Assembly (NCBI GenBank): GCA_963788655.1
Contig: CAWBHS010000060.1
Span: 288,001-352,000, forward strand
Length of the DNA stretch: 64,000 bases
Source of the DNA: an uncultured Verrucomicrobiae bacterium
GTDB taxonomy: Bacteria > Verrucomicrobiota > Verrucomicrobiia > Limisphaerales > JAFGQR01
Reading direction: 5' to 3'
The position numbers were made by a program, and so were the translations under genes. Below are positions 19,564 through 29,351 of this stretch, piece by piece; position 1 is the stretch's first letter, and each line of letters starts with the position of its first letter. The notes below the pieces were generated by a model that was not told the origin of the DNA, did not search any database, and saw only the letters and a program-made list of their open reading frames with translations.

Positions 19564-20243
19564 AAGTGGCGGCGCGGCTTGCTTGCGGGATGCTCGCTTG
19601 GCTGGTCATCGGGCTCGCTACCCTTCACGCGGCCGATACTGACGCGCTGCTGGCGCGCTGGTTTGCGGCGCAGACCAACCTCCAGACCTGGTCGGCGGAT
19701 GCGGTTCAGACGCGCACAATCCAGACCTTTTCGCAACCGCTGATCTCCACCGGCAAAGTGTGGGTGGTGTTACCCGATCGGTTCCGCTGGGAACTGGGGC
19801 AGCCGCCGGTGACGATCGCGGTGCGCCAACCGGATTGGTTGTGGCTGCTGTATCCGAAACTGAAGCGTGCCGAGAAATACCCGCTCACGGGCAATCAGGC
19901 GGGGCCCTGGCGCGATGCGTTGACATTGTTGGAAGCAAGTTTTCCCCGCAGCCGCGCGGATTTGGAATCGCACTTTTCAGTGGTATCGATGACCCAATCC
20001 AATGACGTGGTGCGGTTGTCGCTTTCGCCCAAAAGCGGTTTCGCTCGCAAATTTATCCGGCGCGTCGAAGTCAGCTTTCACGCGGGGGACTTTGTGCCGC
20101 GCTCGACCGAATTGGAGTTCAGCGACGGCTCAACCATGCGCAACGACTTCAGCCATTCGATCCTCAATGCCCCGTTGTCGAAGGAGTTATTCGAAGTCAC
20201 GTTGCCGCCGGGAACCAAGGTGGTCGAGCCGCTGAAGCAGTAA
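19560..20243 (+). CDS. LolA-like periplasmic carrier
   Basis: Signal peptide, QTR..PL.STGKVW..PDRFRWE. GTG start overlaps the upstream stop. Confidence 0.82.
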   Translation: MKVAARLACGMLAWLVIGLATLHAADTDALLARWFAAQTNLQTWSADAVQTRTIQTFSQPLISTGKVWVVLPDRFRWELGQPPVTIAVRQPDWLWLLYPKLKRAEKYPLTGNQAGPWRDALTLLEASFPRSRADLESHFSVVSMTQSNDVVRLSLSPKSGFARKFIRRVEVSFHAGDFVPRSTELEFSDGSTMRNDFSHSILNAPLSKELFEVTLPPGTKVVEPLKQ

Positions 20244-20245
20244 GT

Positions 20246-20686
20246 ATGAGCGACCCGTTGGATGACGCGCTGAAGTTTTTGCCTCACGGGCCGGAGTTTC
20301 GTTTTTTGGATCGGCTGTTGAGTCTGGTCCCAGGTCAGGAGGGCGTTGGCGAATATCGGGTGCGCGGTGATGAACCGTTCTTGCGTGGGCATTATCCCGG
20401 TGATCCGATCTTCCCAGGCGTCCTGCTGGTGGAGGGCGCCGCGCAACTAGCCGGCGTGGTCCTGCAAAGCGACCCGGCCGGACCGCCGTTTCCCAATCTC
20501 AAACTGACCGCGTTGCAGGGAGTCAAGATCCTCGGCACGGCTCGTCCGGGAGAAGTGCTGCGCTTCGAAGCCCGATTAACCGGCCGGTTGGGTCAACTCA
20601 CTCAGGCGCGCGTGCAAGGATTTGTGGGCGACCAACTCGTGCTCGAAGCGGGGTTAACCTTAAGTGGGACGAGCCCGGGAGCGTGA
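20246..20686 (+). CDS. FabZ/FabA-like 3-hydroxyacyl-ACP dehydratase
   Basis: LPHGPEFRFLD, GHYPGDPIFPGVLLVEGAAQ. Confidence 0.9.
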   Translation: MSDPLDDALKFLPHGPEFRFLDRLLSLVPGQEGVGEYRVRGDEPFLRGHYPGDPIFPGVLLVEGAAQLAGVVLQSDPAGPPFPNLKLTALQGVKILGTARPGEVLRFEARLTGRLGQLTQARVQGFVGDQLVLEAGLTLSGTSPGA

Positions 20687-20884
20687 GCGGTGGCACCAAA
20701 CCCCGAGATTTCACTAACACTACAGCGACACTTTCCACAAATCGCGGATGGAGCGCGGCGTTTACGCCGCTTCACCGTCCTATTCAATAAGCCGCTGGCA
20801 GGTTCTTGGTGCTTGAAGCGGCCTAAAGGCCGCGCTCCGTTCTTCGGAAGTGTCGCTGTAGTGCTAACACAACAATGACAAATT

Positions 20885-20954
20885 GTAGCCGCCGACGTGA
20901 GGAGGCGGAGCACGGTCAGAGTCTCTGACTCCGCCTCCATACGTCGGCGGCTAC
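20885..20954. repeat. GTAG-family REP doublet between convergent genes
   Basis: GTAGCCGCCGACGTGAGGAGGCGGAG ... CTCCGCCTCCATACGTCGGCGGCTAC. Confidence 0.85.
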
Positions 20955-20976
20955 TTGGGGTGGCGACATATCGGGG

Positions 20977-22242
20977 TCAATTGCGCCGCGCCGCATAGCG
21001 CTCTTTCCATTCGGCACGGGAGATTTTGCCTCGTGTATTGGCGCTCAGGGAATCGACAAACCACCAGTCCCGCGGCACCTGCCAGGCGGGGAGGGCGTGC
21101 CGGAGGAATTGCTTCAACGGTTCGGTCTCCTTGGGACCGTCCGCCACCACACATGCGACGATCCGGTCGCCGCGTTCGCCCCGGGAATCGGCCGCGCCGA
21201 ACACCAGACAGTCTTTGACCGTCGGATGAGTGCGCAACACTTGCTCGATGCTTTCGGGCGCGACTTTGCGGCCGGCCACGTTGATCAGGTTTCCCACGCG
21301 CCCGTGCAAATAGACCGCGCCATTCCGAATTTCAGCCAGATCACTGGTTTTAAAAAGACCGTTCCCCAGCGTTGCATCGGGCAGGGGCCAATAGGTTTCA
21401 CCAACCGCCGGGCTGCGTACTTGCAGACAACCATCATCATTCAATGACAAGTCCACATCCGATAGCGCCTCGCCGACCAGGCCTTCTTCCTGGCGCGGCG
21501 CGGAGGAAACGTCGTAAGCAATCCCGCCACACTCGGAGGAGCCGTAGAAATTGTGGATCTTCAACCCACACGCGGCGTACACCTCCTGTTCCAATTCGAT
21601 GGTGAGCAGTGCTCCCGCGGAGATGGCCAACGCTACATTGCCAGGAATGGCTCCGGCCTCGTTCCATGCCCGCCATAGCGCGGGCACGCCCGCCAGAGTG
21701 ATCGACGTTTGTCCCGCGGCGGCCCCACGAACGATCTCGGGCAAGGCCGACGGAGCAAGGACCAAGGGTATGCCGTGCAGCAAGAGTGGCAAAACCAGGT
21801 TCGAGAATCCGTACGAATGGGCCATCGAAATCACGCCGAGATTGGGCCACGCCGGGCGCAGGCCCATGGCCTGAACGATTTGGCGCGCATCGGCCGCCAT
21901 TTGCGCTTCCGTGAGCGCCACCAGTTTGGCGCTACCCGAAGTGGCGGAGGTCAATTTCAAATGGCGGCAACCTGGCGGCGGCGGCGGGATTGTGGGTGGC
22001 GCTTGATCCGGCTCCAAGGGACACACCACCGTCCCGGCGCGCCAGGCTCGCAGGACGGTCAGAATGAACTCCGCGCCGGGGCCTTGCGGATGGGCGATTG
22101 CCTGGCGGCAAGGCCCGGCTCGCTCCACCGCGTCGGCCAGTTCTCGAAATCGCCAGCGGCGATTGGCCGCCAGATCCCAAAGCGCCAATTCGCCGCCATG
22201 TTGGCGAACAATTTCGCGCCAAAGGTCGTAAAGCATTGGCAC
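20977..22242 (-). CDS. AMP-dependent acyl-CoA/acyl-ACP ligase
   Basis: LTSATSGSAK, FYGSSECG, FKTSDLA, INVAGRKV, NTRGK. Confidence 0.9.
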   Translation of the reverse strand: MPMLYDLWREIVRQHGGELALWDLAANRRWRFRELADAVERAGPCRQAIAHPQGPGAEFILTVLRAWRAGTVVCPLEPDQAPPTIPPPPPGCRHLKLTSATSGSAKLVALTEAQMAADARQIVQAMGLRPAWPNLGVISMAHSYGFSNLVLPLLLHGIPLVLAPSALPEIVRGAAAGQTSITLAGVPALWRAWNEAGAIPGNVALAISAGALLTIELEQEVYAACGLKIHNFYGSSECGGIAYDVSSAPRQEEGLVGEALSDVDLSLNDDGCLQVRSPAVGETYWPLPDATLGNGLFKTSDLAEIRNGAVYLHGRVGNLINVAGRKVAPESIEQVLRTHPTVKDCLVFGAADSRGERGDRIVACVVADGPKETEPLKQFLRHALPAWQVPRDWWFVDSLSANTRGKISRAEWKERYAARRN

Positions 22243-22275
22243 CTTCCTAATCGATTGTTAGATTCGACGGCAAGC

Positions 22276-23010
22276 ATGATTTCGCCTGTTGAACAGCAGG
22301 GTCGCCGGTTCACTTTCGAACAAGACACCTTTGCTTTCGCCAATGAACTAATCTGGGAATACCAGTTCGACTCGATTACGGGCGCCTCCAGCATCCGGCG
22401 AAATTCGCCGCCACCAACGTATGCTCATCGCTGCTTTGTGCTGGTGCGCTCGGCCCGCCAGTTTTTGTATCACGCCCGTTTCGAGCCGCACCTGCCCGTG
22501 GCCGATGCCGCCACCTATGCGCGGTTAATTCGTCATGTCGTCCGGCGCAGCCCGCGGGTGCCCAGCGCCGAAGATCGCAAAATCGTCATTCCTGGATACG
22601 GCTGTCTTCGCGCGTTCAGCCAGGACCACGAAACGACCCTCAAACGCGGCTGCGGTGGCGCCTGGCAATCATACGTGCTGCGCAGCCATTGGCGGATGGT
22701 CTTTCCCATCTCACGCGCGCACCAAGCTCGGACGGCGCAGCAACTCGTCACGGCGTTTGCCACCAAGCCCGATCCAATTGTGCATTTGGTGCGTTTTCCG
22801 CAATTGACCATCAATCATGGCATCACGCTCTTTGACCTGGCCGATTCCGGGGAACAGATTCGTTTTGCTGCTTACGATCCCAACCAGCCAGCCCAACCTA
22901 CGGAACTGGTTTACGAGCGTGCGAAGCGAACTTTCTTCTTTCCGGCAAACCATTATTGGGCCGGCGGACGTGTGGATGTGATCGAGGTGTATCGCGGTTG
23001 GATTTATTGA
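22276..23010 (+). CDS. Hypothetical protein, possible papain-like fold
   Basis: Coding-like sequence with FAFANE, HRCF, NHGI and AYDPN. Confidence 0.65.
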   Translation: MISPVEQQGRRFTFEQDTFAFANELIWEYQFDSITGASSIRRNSPPPTYAHRCFVLVRSARQFLYHARFEPHLPVADAATYARLIRHVVRRSPRVPSAEDRKIVIPGYGCLRAFSQDHETTLKRGCGGAWQSYVLRSHWRMVFPISRAHQARTAQQLVTAFATKPDPIVHLVRFPQLTINHGITLFDLADSGEQIRFAAYDPNQPAQPTELVYERAKRTFFFPANHYWAGGRVDVIEVYRGWIY

Positions 23011-23077
23011 ACTGCACCGCTGGTATTGCTCCCCCCGGGGAGCGCGGATGCCTTCCTCCGCGCAACGAGCGGCTGGT

Positions 23078-23449
23078 TCAAGGAGTTGAAGCAGCCTTCG
23101 GCTTGCGGAAAGCCAGCCCGAAAAAGATCAAGCCGCACAAGTTGATGCCAGTAATGTAACCCAGCTTGTAAGTGCGACCGGTGTTGTTGCCGGCGAAGAT
23201 CGGGACGTTCTTTCCAATCAGCAGACTGGGCAGCGCGGCCGGCATGAGCCCTCCGTGGACGGTTCCCAGCCAGAAGCCGGCGGTACGCTCGGGTTGGTAC
23301 AGTCGAACGGCCGCCCATTGATAGCCCCAGCCCAGCAACAGGCCCGCAACGACCAGCGAAAGAACTTTACGCAATATGAAAGTGGCCAGACGGCGATACC
23401 GCGCACTGGTTTCAGACTTGGTCTGGTAACTGGTAAGCTCTGGATTCAT
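23078..23449 (-). CDS. Small membrane protein
   Basis: Three hydrophobic segments. ATG overlaps the GT2 stop. Confidence 0.65.
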   Translation of the reverse strand: MNPELTSYQTKSETSARYRRLATFILRKVLSLVVAGLLLGWGYQWAAVRLYQPERTAGFWLGTVHGGLMPAALPSLLIGKNVPIFAGNNTGRTYKLGYITGINLCGLIFFGLAFRKPKAASTP

Positions 23450-24171
23450 TGGCGGGAAGGAAACGCATTTGACAGTCCATTGGCCGAGGGCAAAGCCGTA
23501 GCGCGTGGCAGGGAAGACCACCAACTGAGCCAGCGCCAGGCATCCCGCAATGGACGAATCCGGCTGCGCGGTCCCCGGCCCACGACTTGAATAGGTACGA
23601 ACTCCACCCGGGCGCCGACTTGGATGAAGGCCGCCAGCATTTCGGATTCGACCTCGAAGCGCCGGCAGCGGATTGCCAAGCCGCGCCACACCGCGAGGTT
23701 GAGGAGGCGGAAGCCGCACTGGGTGTCCGGCAAGTCGCGGCCCAGCCGGGAAGACAAGGCGCGGCTCATGGCCATGTTGACCTGGCGGCGCAGCCAAGGG
23801 ATGGCTTGCCGGTCGGGCATGCGGTTGCCCACAACCAAGAGCGCGCCCGTGCGTCGGGCGCAGTCCACCAGTTTCGGAATATCGTCGGGTTTGTGTTGAC
23901 CATCCCCATCGAGCAGCACAACCCATTCGGCCCCGGCGTGCAACGCCGCAGTCAACCCGGTGTTCACCGCGGCGCCTTTGCCCTGGTTAAGCTCGTGGCG
24001 CACCACGTCGGCACCCGCTCGGCGGGCCCGGGCGGCTGTGGCATCGGTCGAACCGTCGTCCACGACGATGATCCGCGCCACCAAAGGGCGCACCCCGGCC
24101 ACCACCTTCCTGATGGTGGCCGCTTCGTTAAAGCACGGAACCACCGCCGCGCCGTTTTGGGGCCATTGCAC
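23446..24171 (-). CDS. Glycosyltransferase family 2 (DPM1-like)
   Basis: VVPCFNE, VDDGSTD, NQGKG, LDGDGQH, DTQCGFR. Confidence 0.93.
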   Translation of the reverse strand: MQWPQNGAAVVPCFNEAATIRKVVAGVRPLVARIIVVDDGSTDATAARARRAGADVVRHELNQGKGAAVNTGLTAALHAGAEWVVLLDGDGQHKPDDIPKLVDCARRTGALLVVGNRMPDRQAIPWLRRQVNMAMSRALSSRLGRDLPDTQCGFRLLNLAVWRGLAIRCRRFEVESEMLAAFIQVGARVEFVPIQVVGRGPRSRIRPLRDAWRWLSWWSSLPRATALPSANGLSNAFPSRQ

Positions 24172-24461
24172 GGGAGCATTATAAAGGATGTGCTGCCCTT
24201 GCTAAAGCGAATCTACTAGTTTTGCGTTGCGCCCCCCGGGAGGGTCGGGCTACAGTGTGGCGCATAAATGTGGTCCTTTGCGATACCCACCGATTTGCAA
24301 CCAGCGCGAATCGCGGAGAAACTGTTCCCGCGCGGGCAGGTCATGCTAATTGTGGCCCAACGGCGAGTGGGGCCGTCGGATTGGCAGTGGATTATCCTTG
24401 AGCCGCTGAGCCCGTCAACCTCCGCCGGTGGCGAACGCTGTCACCCAAGCAGCAAGAACTG

Positions 24462-25874
24462 ATGGCCAGCCGGATTCTCCTCATCAACGCCAACCGGTGT
24501 GTATTTCCGGAGCGAGTCTTTCCTTTGGGACTGACCTATTTGCAGGCAGCGTTGCGCCCGGCCGGCCATGAATGCCGCTGGCTCGACCTGCTGGACCAAG
24601 GCGATCAAATGGACGCGGTGTTTGAAAGTTTCCGGCCCGAGTATGTGGGCATTTCCGTGCGCAACATCGACGATGTCATCATCCGTAAGCAGGAAACCTT
24701 TTTTGACGATTTGCCGGCGCTTGGGGCGGCTATTCGCCGCCGGGCTGGGTGCCCCGTGATTGTCGGGGGCAGCGGCTTCAGTATTTTCCCCAAGGAATTG
24801 CTCGAATTATCCGAAGCCGATTTTGGCATTGTCGGTGAAGGGGAATCGAGCTTTCCCGAACTGCTGCGTTGCTTGGAAGCCGGCAGCAGTTACGAGGACG
24901 TTCCCGGACTGGTTTTTCGCAAGGATGGCCATCTGGTTCTCAATCCACCGGCCGCCCGTCCCTTAAGAAGCGACATGATTACGGGAGATCGTCCCGCGGC
25001 AGTGGCGACGCGCTACCTGGCCAGCAGCGGGGTGCTCAATGTGCAAACCCAGCGCGGCTGCGCGTATCGCTGCTGTTACTGCACGTACCCGGTTGTCGAA
25101 GGCCGGAGCCACCGACGCCAGCCGGCCGAACTGGTGGCCGAGGAATTGGCTCAGCTCGAGCGGTTGGACGCCAAATATGCGTTCATCGTGGACTCGGTTT
25201 TCAACTCCTCCAACCACCACGTCGCGGAAATCTGTGAAGCGATTCTGCGCCGCGGCGTAAAAATCTCCTGGAGTTGTTTCCTCCGGCCCCAGGGCCTGAC
25301 CGCCGATCTGATGCGACTGATGGTCCGGGCGGGCTTGGCGCACGTTGAATTTGGCTCCGACAGCTTCTGCGACGAGGTGCTCGAGGCCTATCAAAAGGGA
25401 TTCACCTTCGACGACATCCGGCAGTCCACCGAACTGGCGCAACAGACGAACGTGGGCTGCTGCCACTATTTCATCGCGGGCGGTCCGGGCGAAACCGCCG
25501 CCACCTTGCGCCAAAGTTTCGCCCATGCCGAACACCTGAAGCCCGCCACCATCCTGGCCGTGGTGGGCATGCGTATTTATCCTGGAACCGCTCTTCATGA
25601 TCGCGCCGTTGCGGAACGGCAACTCCAATCCGAAGACAATCTACTGGTTCCTCGTTACTACCTGGCGCCCGGTTTGAAGCAGGAAACGGTGTTCGAGCAG
25701 TTGCGCAAGGTTGCCGGTCGCTCGCCCAACTGGGTCGTCGGCGATCCGGTGCCGGCTTACATTCAACTGGTCGAGCGTTTGCGGCGGCGGGGAGTGGTCG
25801 GCCCGCTGTGGAGTTATTTCTCCGCAATGCAACGGCTCTGGCCTCAGGCAACCGGAGGCGGCGGCCAGCCATGA
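24462..25874 (+). CDS. B12-binding radical SAM protein (lipid-biosynthesis type)
   Basis: N-terminal cobalamin-binding domain (PLGL..L, SVRNID) and RGCAYRCCYCTYP (CxxxCxxC). Confidence 0.9.
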   Translation: MASRILLINANRCVFPERVFPLGLTYLQAALRPAGHECRWLDLLDQGDQMDAVFESFRPEYVGISVRNIDDVIIRKQETFFDDLPALGAAIRRRAGCPVIVGGSGFSIFPKELLELSEADFGIVGEGESSFPELLRCLEAGSSYEDVPGLVFRKDGHLVLNPPAARPLRSDMITGDRPAAVATRYLASSGVLNVQTQRGCAYRCCYCTYPVVEGRSHRRQPAELVAEELAQLERLDAKYAFIVDSVFNSSNHHVAEICEAILRRGVKISWSCFLRPQGLTADLMRLMVRAGLAHVEFGSDSFCDEVLEAYQKGFTFDDIRQSTELAQQTNVGCCHYFIAGGPGETAATLRQSFAHAEHLKPATILAVVGMRIYPGTALHDRAVAERQLQSEDNLLVPRYYLAPGLKQETVFEQLRKVAGRSPNWVVGDPVPAYIQLVERLRRRGVVGPLWSYFSAMQRLWPQATGGGGQP

Positions 25875-25938
25875 AGCCACGATGGTTCCTTTCCGTTGAA
25901 CATTGGCTTTCGCCCGCGCGTCCGTAAGCTTAACCCGC

Positions 25939-27177
25939 ATGTTGTTTCCGAACCATAGAAGTGCCGAACCACCCCGAGCGGTGGTGACCGGTGCCGGCAT
26001 TGTCACTGCCTTGGGCGTTGGCTGGAAAACCAACGCCGAAGGATTTCGTCTCGGTCGCACCCCGGCGCGACCCGTGACGTTGTTTGATGTCAGCCGGCAG
26101 CGCGTCAAGGTGGCCGCCGAGGTGGATCTGCCCGAGACGTTGCCGTTGGGGCGGTTGACGCCGCGACAATCGGCACGGCTGGACCGCGGGGCGAAGTTAT
26201 TGTTACTCGCCGCCCATGAAGCGTGGCACCAGGCTGGTTGGGAGCCGATGGAGAATCTGCCGTTTGTGCTGGGCACGACCGCCGGCGGCATGAGTCTGGG
26301 CGAGGACTATTATCGGCAAGCGGTCGAGACCCCCAGCCGCTTTGTGGGACAACCCACCCGCGCCCTGTATTATCAGGGGCAAACCCAGGCCCGAACGGTC
26401 AGTGACGCCTTGGGTTTCAGCGGGCCGATGCGGATTTTATCCAATGCCTGCGCTTCGGGCTGCGACGCGGTGGGACACGCCTGGCAGATGATTCGCCACG
26501 GACATGCCGAACGCATTCTGGTCGGAGGCCACGATCCGCACAGTCAAATGCTCTTTGCGGGCTTCGATTCGTTGCAAGTGCTTTCCCCCACCGTGTGCCG
26601 TCCGTTTGACCTCAATCGCAATGGCTTGCTCATGGGCGAAGGCGCGGGCGTGCTGGCGTTGGAGTCGCTGGCTCATGCCCAGCGGCGCGGGGCGGAAATC
26701 CTGGGTGAAATCATCGGTTATGGTTCAACGTTGGATCGGCATCATTTGACGCAACCCCATCCGCAGGGCGACGCGGCGTTGACCGCCATGAACCTGGCTT
26801 GTCAAACGGCCCGCATCAGTCCCGAAGAGGTGGACTACGTCAATGCGCACGGCACCGGCACGCCGTTGAACGACGCGGCCGAAGCTCTGGCCATCGGCCG
26901 CTGGGCTGGGGCACGGGTGACGACGTTGCCGGTGAGTTCCACCAAAGCCAGCATCGGCCACTTGCTGGGAGCGGCCGGCGCCGCGGAGGCAGTCGTTTGC
27001 CTGATGGCGCTGCGCGAGCAGTGGCTGCCACCGGAGCTTGCGTTTGAGAAGCCCGATCCGGCCTGTGCCTTTCCGGTGGTGCGCCAACCGCAGGAGGCGA
27101 CCCTAAACGTGGTGCTCTCGAACTCGTTTGGCTTCGGCGGCATCAACGCCACCCTGGCGATGAGGAGGTGGTCATGA
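25939..27177 (+). CDS. Beta-ketoacyl-ACP synthase (FabF-like)
   Basis: NACASG, NAHGTGT, GHLLGAAG, SNSFGFGG. Catalytic Cys-His-His intact. Confidence 0.92.
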   Translation: MLFPNHRSAEPPRAVVTGAGIVTALGVGWKTNAEGFRLGRTPARPVTLFDVSRQRVKVAAEVDLPETLPLGRLTPRQSARLDRGAKLLLLAAHEAWHQAGWEPMENLPFVLGTTAGGMSLGEDYYRQAVETPSRFVGQPTRALYYQGQTQARTVSDALGFSGPMRILSNACASGCDAVGHAWQMIRHGHAERILVGGHDPHSQMLFAGFDSLQVLSPTVCRPFDLNRNGLLMGEGAGVLALESLAHAQRRGAEILGEIIGYGSTLDRHHLTQPHPQGDAALTAMNLACQTARISPEEVDYVNAHGTGTPLNDAAEALAIGRWAGARVTTLPVSSTKASIGHLLGAAGAAEAVVCLMALREQWLPPELAFEKPDPACAFPVVRQPQEATLNVVLSNSFGFGGINATLAMRRWS

Positions 27178-28244
27178 GCCGAGTGTTTGTGTGCGGTTTG
27201 GGCGCGGTATCGCCGGCCGGTTGGAGCGTGGCGGACATGCGCCTGGCATTGCGACGTGGAGCGCCATTGCCGGTCAGACCGCTGAGCCGGCCCGGCTGGA
27301 GCAAACCGCTGCCTTCACGGCCCGTGCCGCCACCGGCCGCCCGCCCGGCGTTCATGAGCCACCCGCGCTTGCGACGCGCCAGTCCCATTACCCACTACGC
27401 TGCCGCGGCCACGCTCGAAGCTGTGGCTTCGCTTCAAAAGATCGCGGGAACCCAATGCCGCCTGGGAGTAATCCTCTGCCTCACTGCCGGATGCGTCCAA
27501 TATTCCAGCCGCCTCTGGGCGGAGATCCTGCAAGACCCATCCACTGCCAGCCCGCTGCTGTTTCCTGAAACCGTCTCCTCGGCCCCCATCAGCCATGTGT
27601 GTGTTTTATTGGAAAACACCCCGTTGGTTTACACGTTAATGGGCGATCCGGCGACGTTCTTGCAGGGACTGTCGGTGGCGGTGGATTGGCTGGAAGAAAA
27701 ACAAGTTGACGCCTGCGTTGTGATCGGCGCCGAAGAACCCAACTGGGTGCTGGCTGACGCCCTGCGCCATCTGGAACATGCCGCGATCCCGGGCGCAGGC
27801 GCGGGCGCCGTGTGTATCAGTCTCAATCCGGCGTGGACGCTAGGCGCGGAATTGACGGCGATTACCAATGTCCACACGGTCACACAGCGCACCACTCGCC
27901 ATGCCGCCGCTCTGGCGATGCGACGCGAACTGCCCACCGGTAGCCCGGACGAATTGCTCTGCGACGGAACCAGTGACAGTCACCGGTTCAGTGAGCCGGA
28001 ACGCGAGGCCTGGCGCGACTGGCCGGGACCACGCTTAAGCCCGAAACAGATTTTGGGCGAAGGCTTGATGGCTGCTGCGGCCTGGCAATGCGTTGCGGGA
28101 GTCGATGCGTTGGTCCAGGACGGATATCGCAGGGTTAATGTCAGTCTGGCCGGCGGCAATCAGCAAGCCATCGGCGCGCGGTTCGAATGGGTCCCGTCGG
28201 CGGCGAGGGCGAATCAATCCAAGGTCCGCAAAGATGAAAGCTAG
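27174..28244 (+). CDS. Non-catalytic ketosynthase / chain-length-factor-like protein
   Basis: GLGAVSPAG and SPLLFPETV present, catalytic motifs absent. Coupled to the active KS. Confidence 0.8.
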   Translation: MSRVFVCGLGAVSPAGWSVADMRLALRRGAPLPVRPLSRPGWSKPLPSRPVPPPAARPAFMSHPRLRRASPITHYAAAATLEAVASLQKIAGTQCRLGVILCLTAGCVQYSSRLWAEILQDPSTASPLLFPETVSSAPISHVCVLLENTPLVYTLMGDPATFLQGLSVAVDWLEEKQVDACVVIGAEEPNWVLADALRHLEHAAIPGAGAGAVCISLNPAWTLGAELTAITNVHTVTQRTTRHAAALAMRRELPTGSPDELLCDGTSDSHRFSEPEREAWRDWPGPRLSPKQILGEGLMAAAAWQCVAGVDALVQDGYRRVNVSLAGGNQQAIGARFEWVPSAARANQSKVRKDES

Positions 28245-28979
28245 ATGATGAACAAGCGCGTCATCCTAATCACCGGCGCCAACGGCGGGATGGGGCTGGC
28301 CATTGCCAGGGCGTTCCTGGCGGAGAATCCGGATAATGTCGTCGGGCTTGGTCTCCATGCCCGCCGTGAACAGGCGGAGGAACTGGCGGCGAAGCACGCG
28401 CCACGGTGCCGTTGCGTGCCGCTGGATGTCACTTCACCGGAAGCGTGGCAGGCCGCCGTCAAGTCAATCGTGGATGCCGACGACCGATTGGACGTGTTGG
28501 TGAACAACGCCGGCACTCACGAGGATACTTTGCTGGGCACCATGCCAACCGAAACCTGGCGCCGGGTATTGGCCACCAATCTCGACGGAGTGTTTCACGG
28601 TTGCCAGGCAGTGTTGCCCGTGATGATCAACCAGCGTCGTGGCCGGATTATTAATGTGGCTTCGCTCAGTGCGCTGTTGGCGCCGGCGGGACAAACCAAT
28701 TACGCCGCCGCGAAAGCCGGAGTGGTGGCGCTGACCCAATCCCTGGCCAAAGAGGTGGCGCGGATTGGAATCACCGTCAACGCGGTTTGTCCCGGCTATA
28801 TTGCAACCGAGGCCTTGGCCGAAATGAGTGGTCCGGAGCGCCAAGCCGCGGTGGCCCGGATTCCCATGCGACGGTTTGGGCGACCGGAAGAAATCGCCGC
28901 GGCCATTCGCTTTTTGGCCGGTGACGAGGCCGCCTATGTCACCGGCGCAACCTTGAAAATTGACGGAGGTATATTCTGA
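28245..28979 (+). CDS. 3-oxoacyl-ACP reductase (FabG-like)
   Basis: TGANGGMG, NNAG, YAAAK, VCPG. Confidence 0.92.
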   Translation: MMNKRVILITGANGGMGLAIARAFLAENPDNVVGLGLHARREQAEELAAKHAPRCRCVPLDVTSPEAWQAAVKSIVDADDRLDVLVNNAGTHEDTLLGTMPTETWRRVLATNLDGVFHGCQAVLPVMINQRRGRIINVASLSALLAPAGQTNYAAAKAGVVALTQSLAKEVARIGITVNAVCPGYIATEALAEMSGPERQAAVARIPMRRFGRPEEIAAAIRFLAGDEAAYVTGATLKIDGGIF

Positions 28980-29254
28980 TGGAAACTGACGCAACATATA
29001 ACGAAGAGATCAAACGGTTGATGCTGGAAAATCTCATGCTCCAGGTCACCGCCGATGAAATTAGCGACGAACAGCCTCTGTTCGGACCGGACAGCTTGGG
29101 ACTGGATTCCGTGGATGCGCTCCAATTGGTGGTCGCCCTCGACAAAACCTACGGCCTTAAGATTTCCAGTCCGGAGGTCGCGCGCGAAGTGCTCCGCAAC
29201 GTGTCCTCCATCGCACAGGCGGTCAAGGCGCATCGCGAGCAGCAACCGAGCTGA
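28979..29254 (+). CDS. Acyl carrier protein
   Basis: LGLDSVDALQL phosphopantetheinylation site. Confidence 0.92.
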   Translation: METDATYNEEIKRLMLENLMLQVTADEISDEQPLFGPDSLGLDSVDALQLVVALDKTYGLKISSPEVAREVLRNVSSIAQAVKAHREQQPS

Positions 29255-29257
29255 GCC

Positions 29258-29327
29258 GTAGCGGCGTCTCGGCAGAGTGCCGCCATCTTGCGAAAAGTAA
29301 GTGAGCGGCGTTTTGCCGAGACGCCGC
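29258..29327. repeat. GTAG-start inverted repeat (REP-like, possible terminator)
   Basis: GCGGCGTCTCGGCAGAGTGCCGC ... GCGGCGTTTTGCCGAGACGCCGC between convergent genes. Confidence 0.7.
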
Positions 29328-29351
29328 CCCGCCCTATCGATTCAGAATCGT

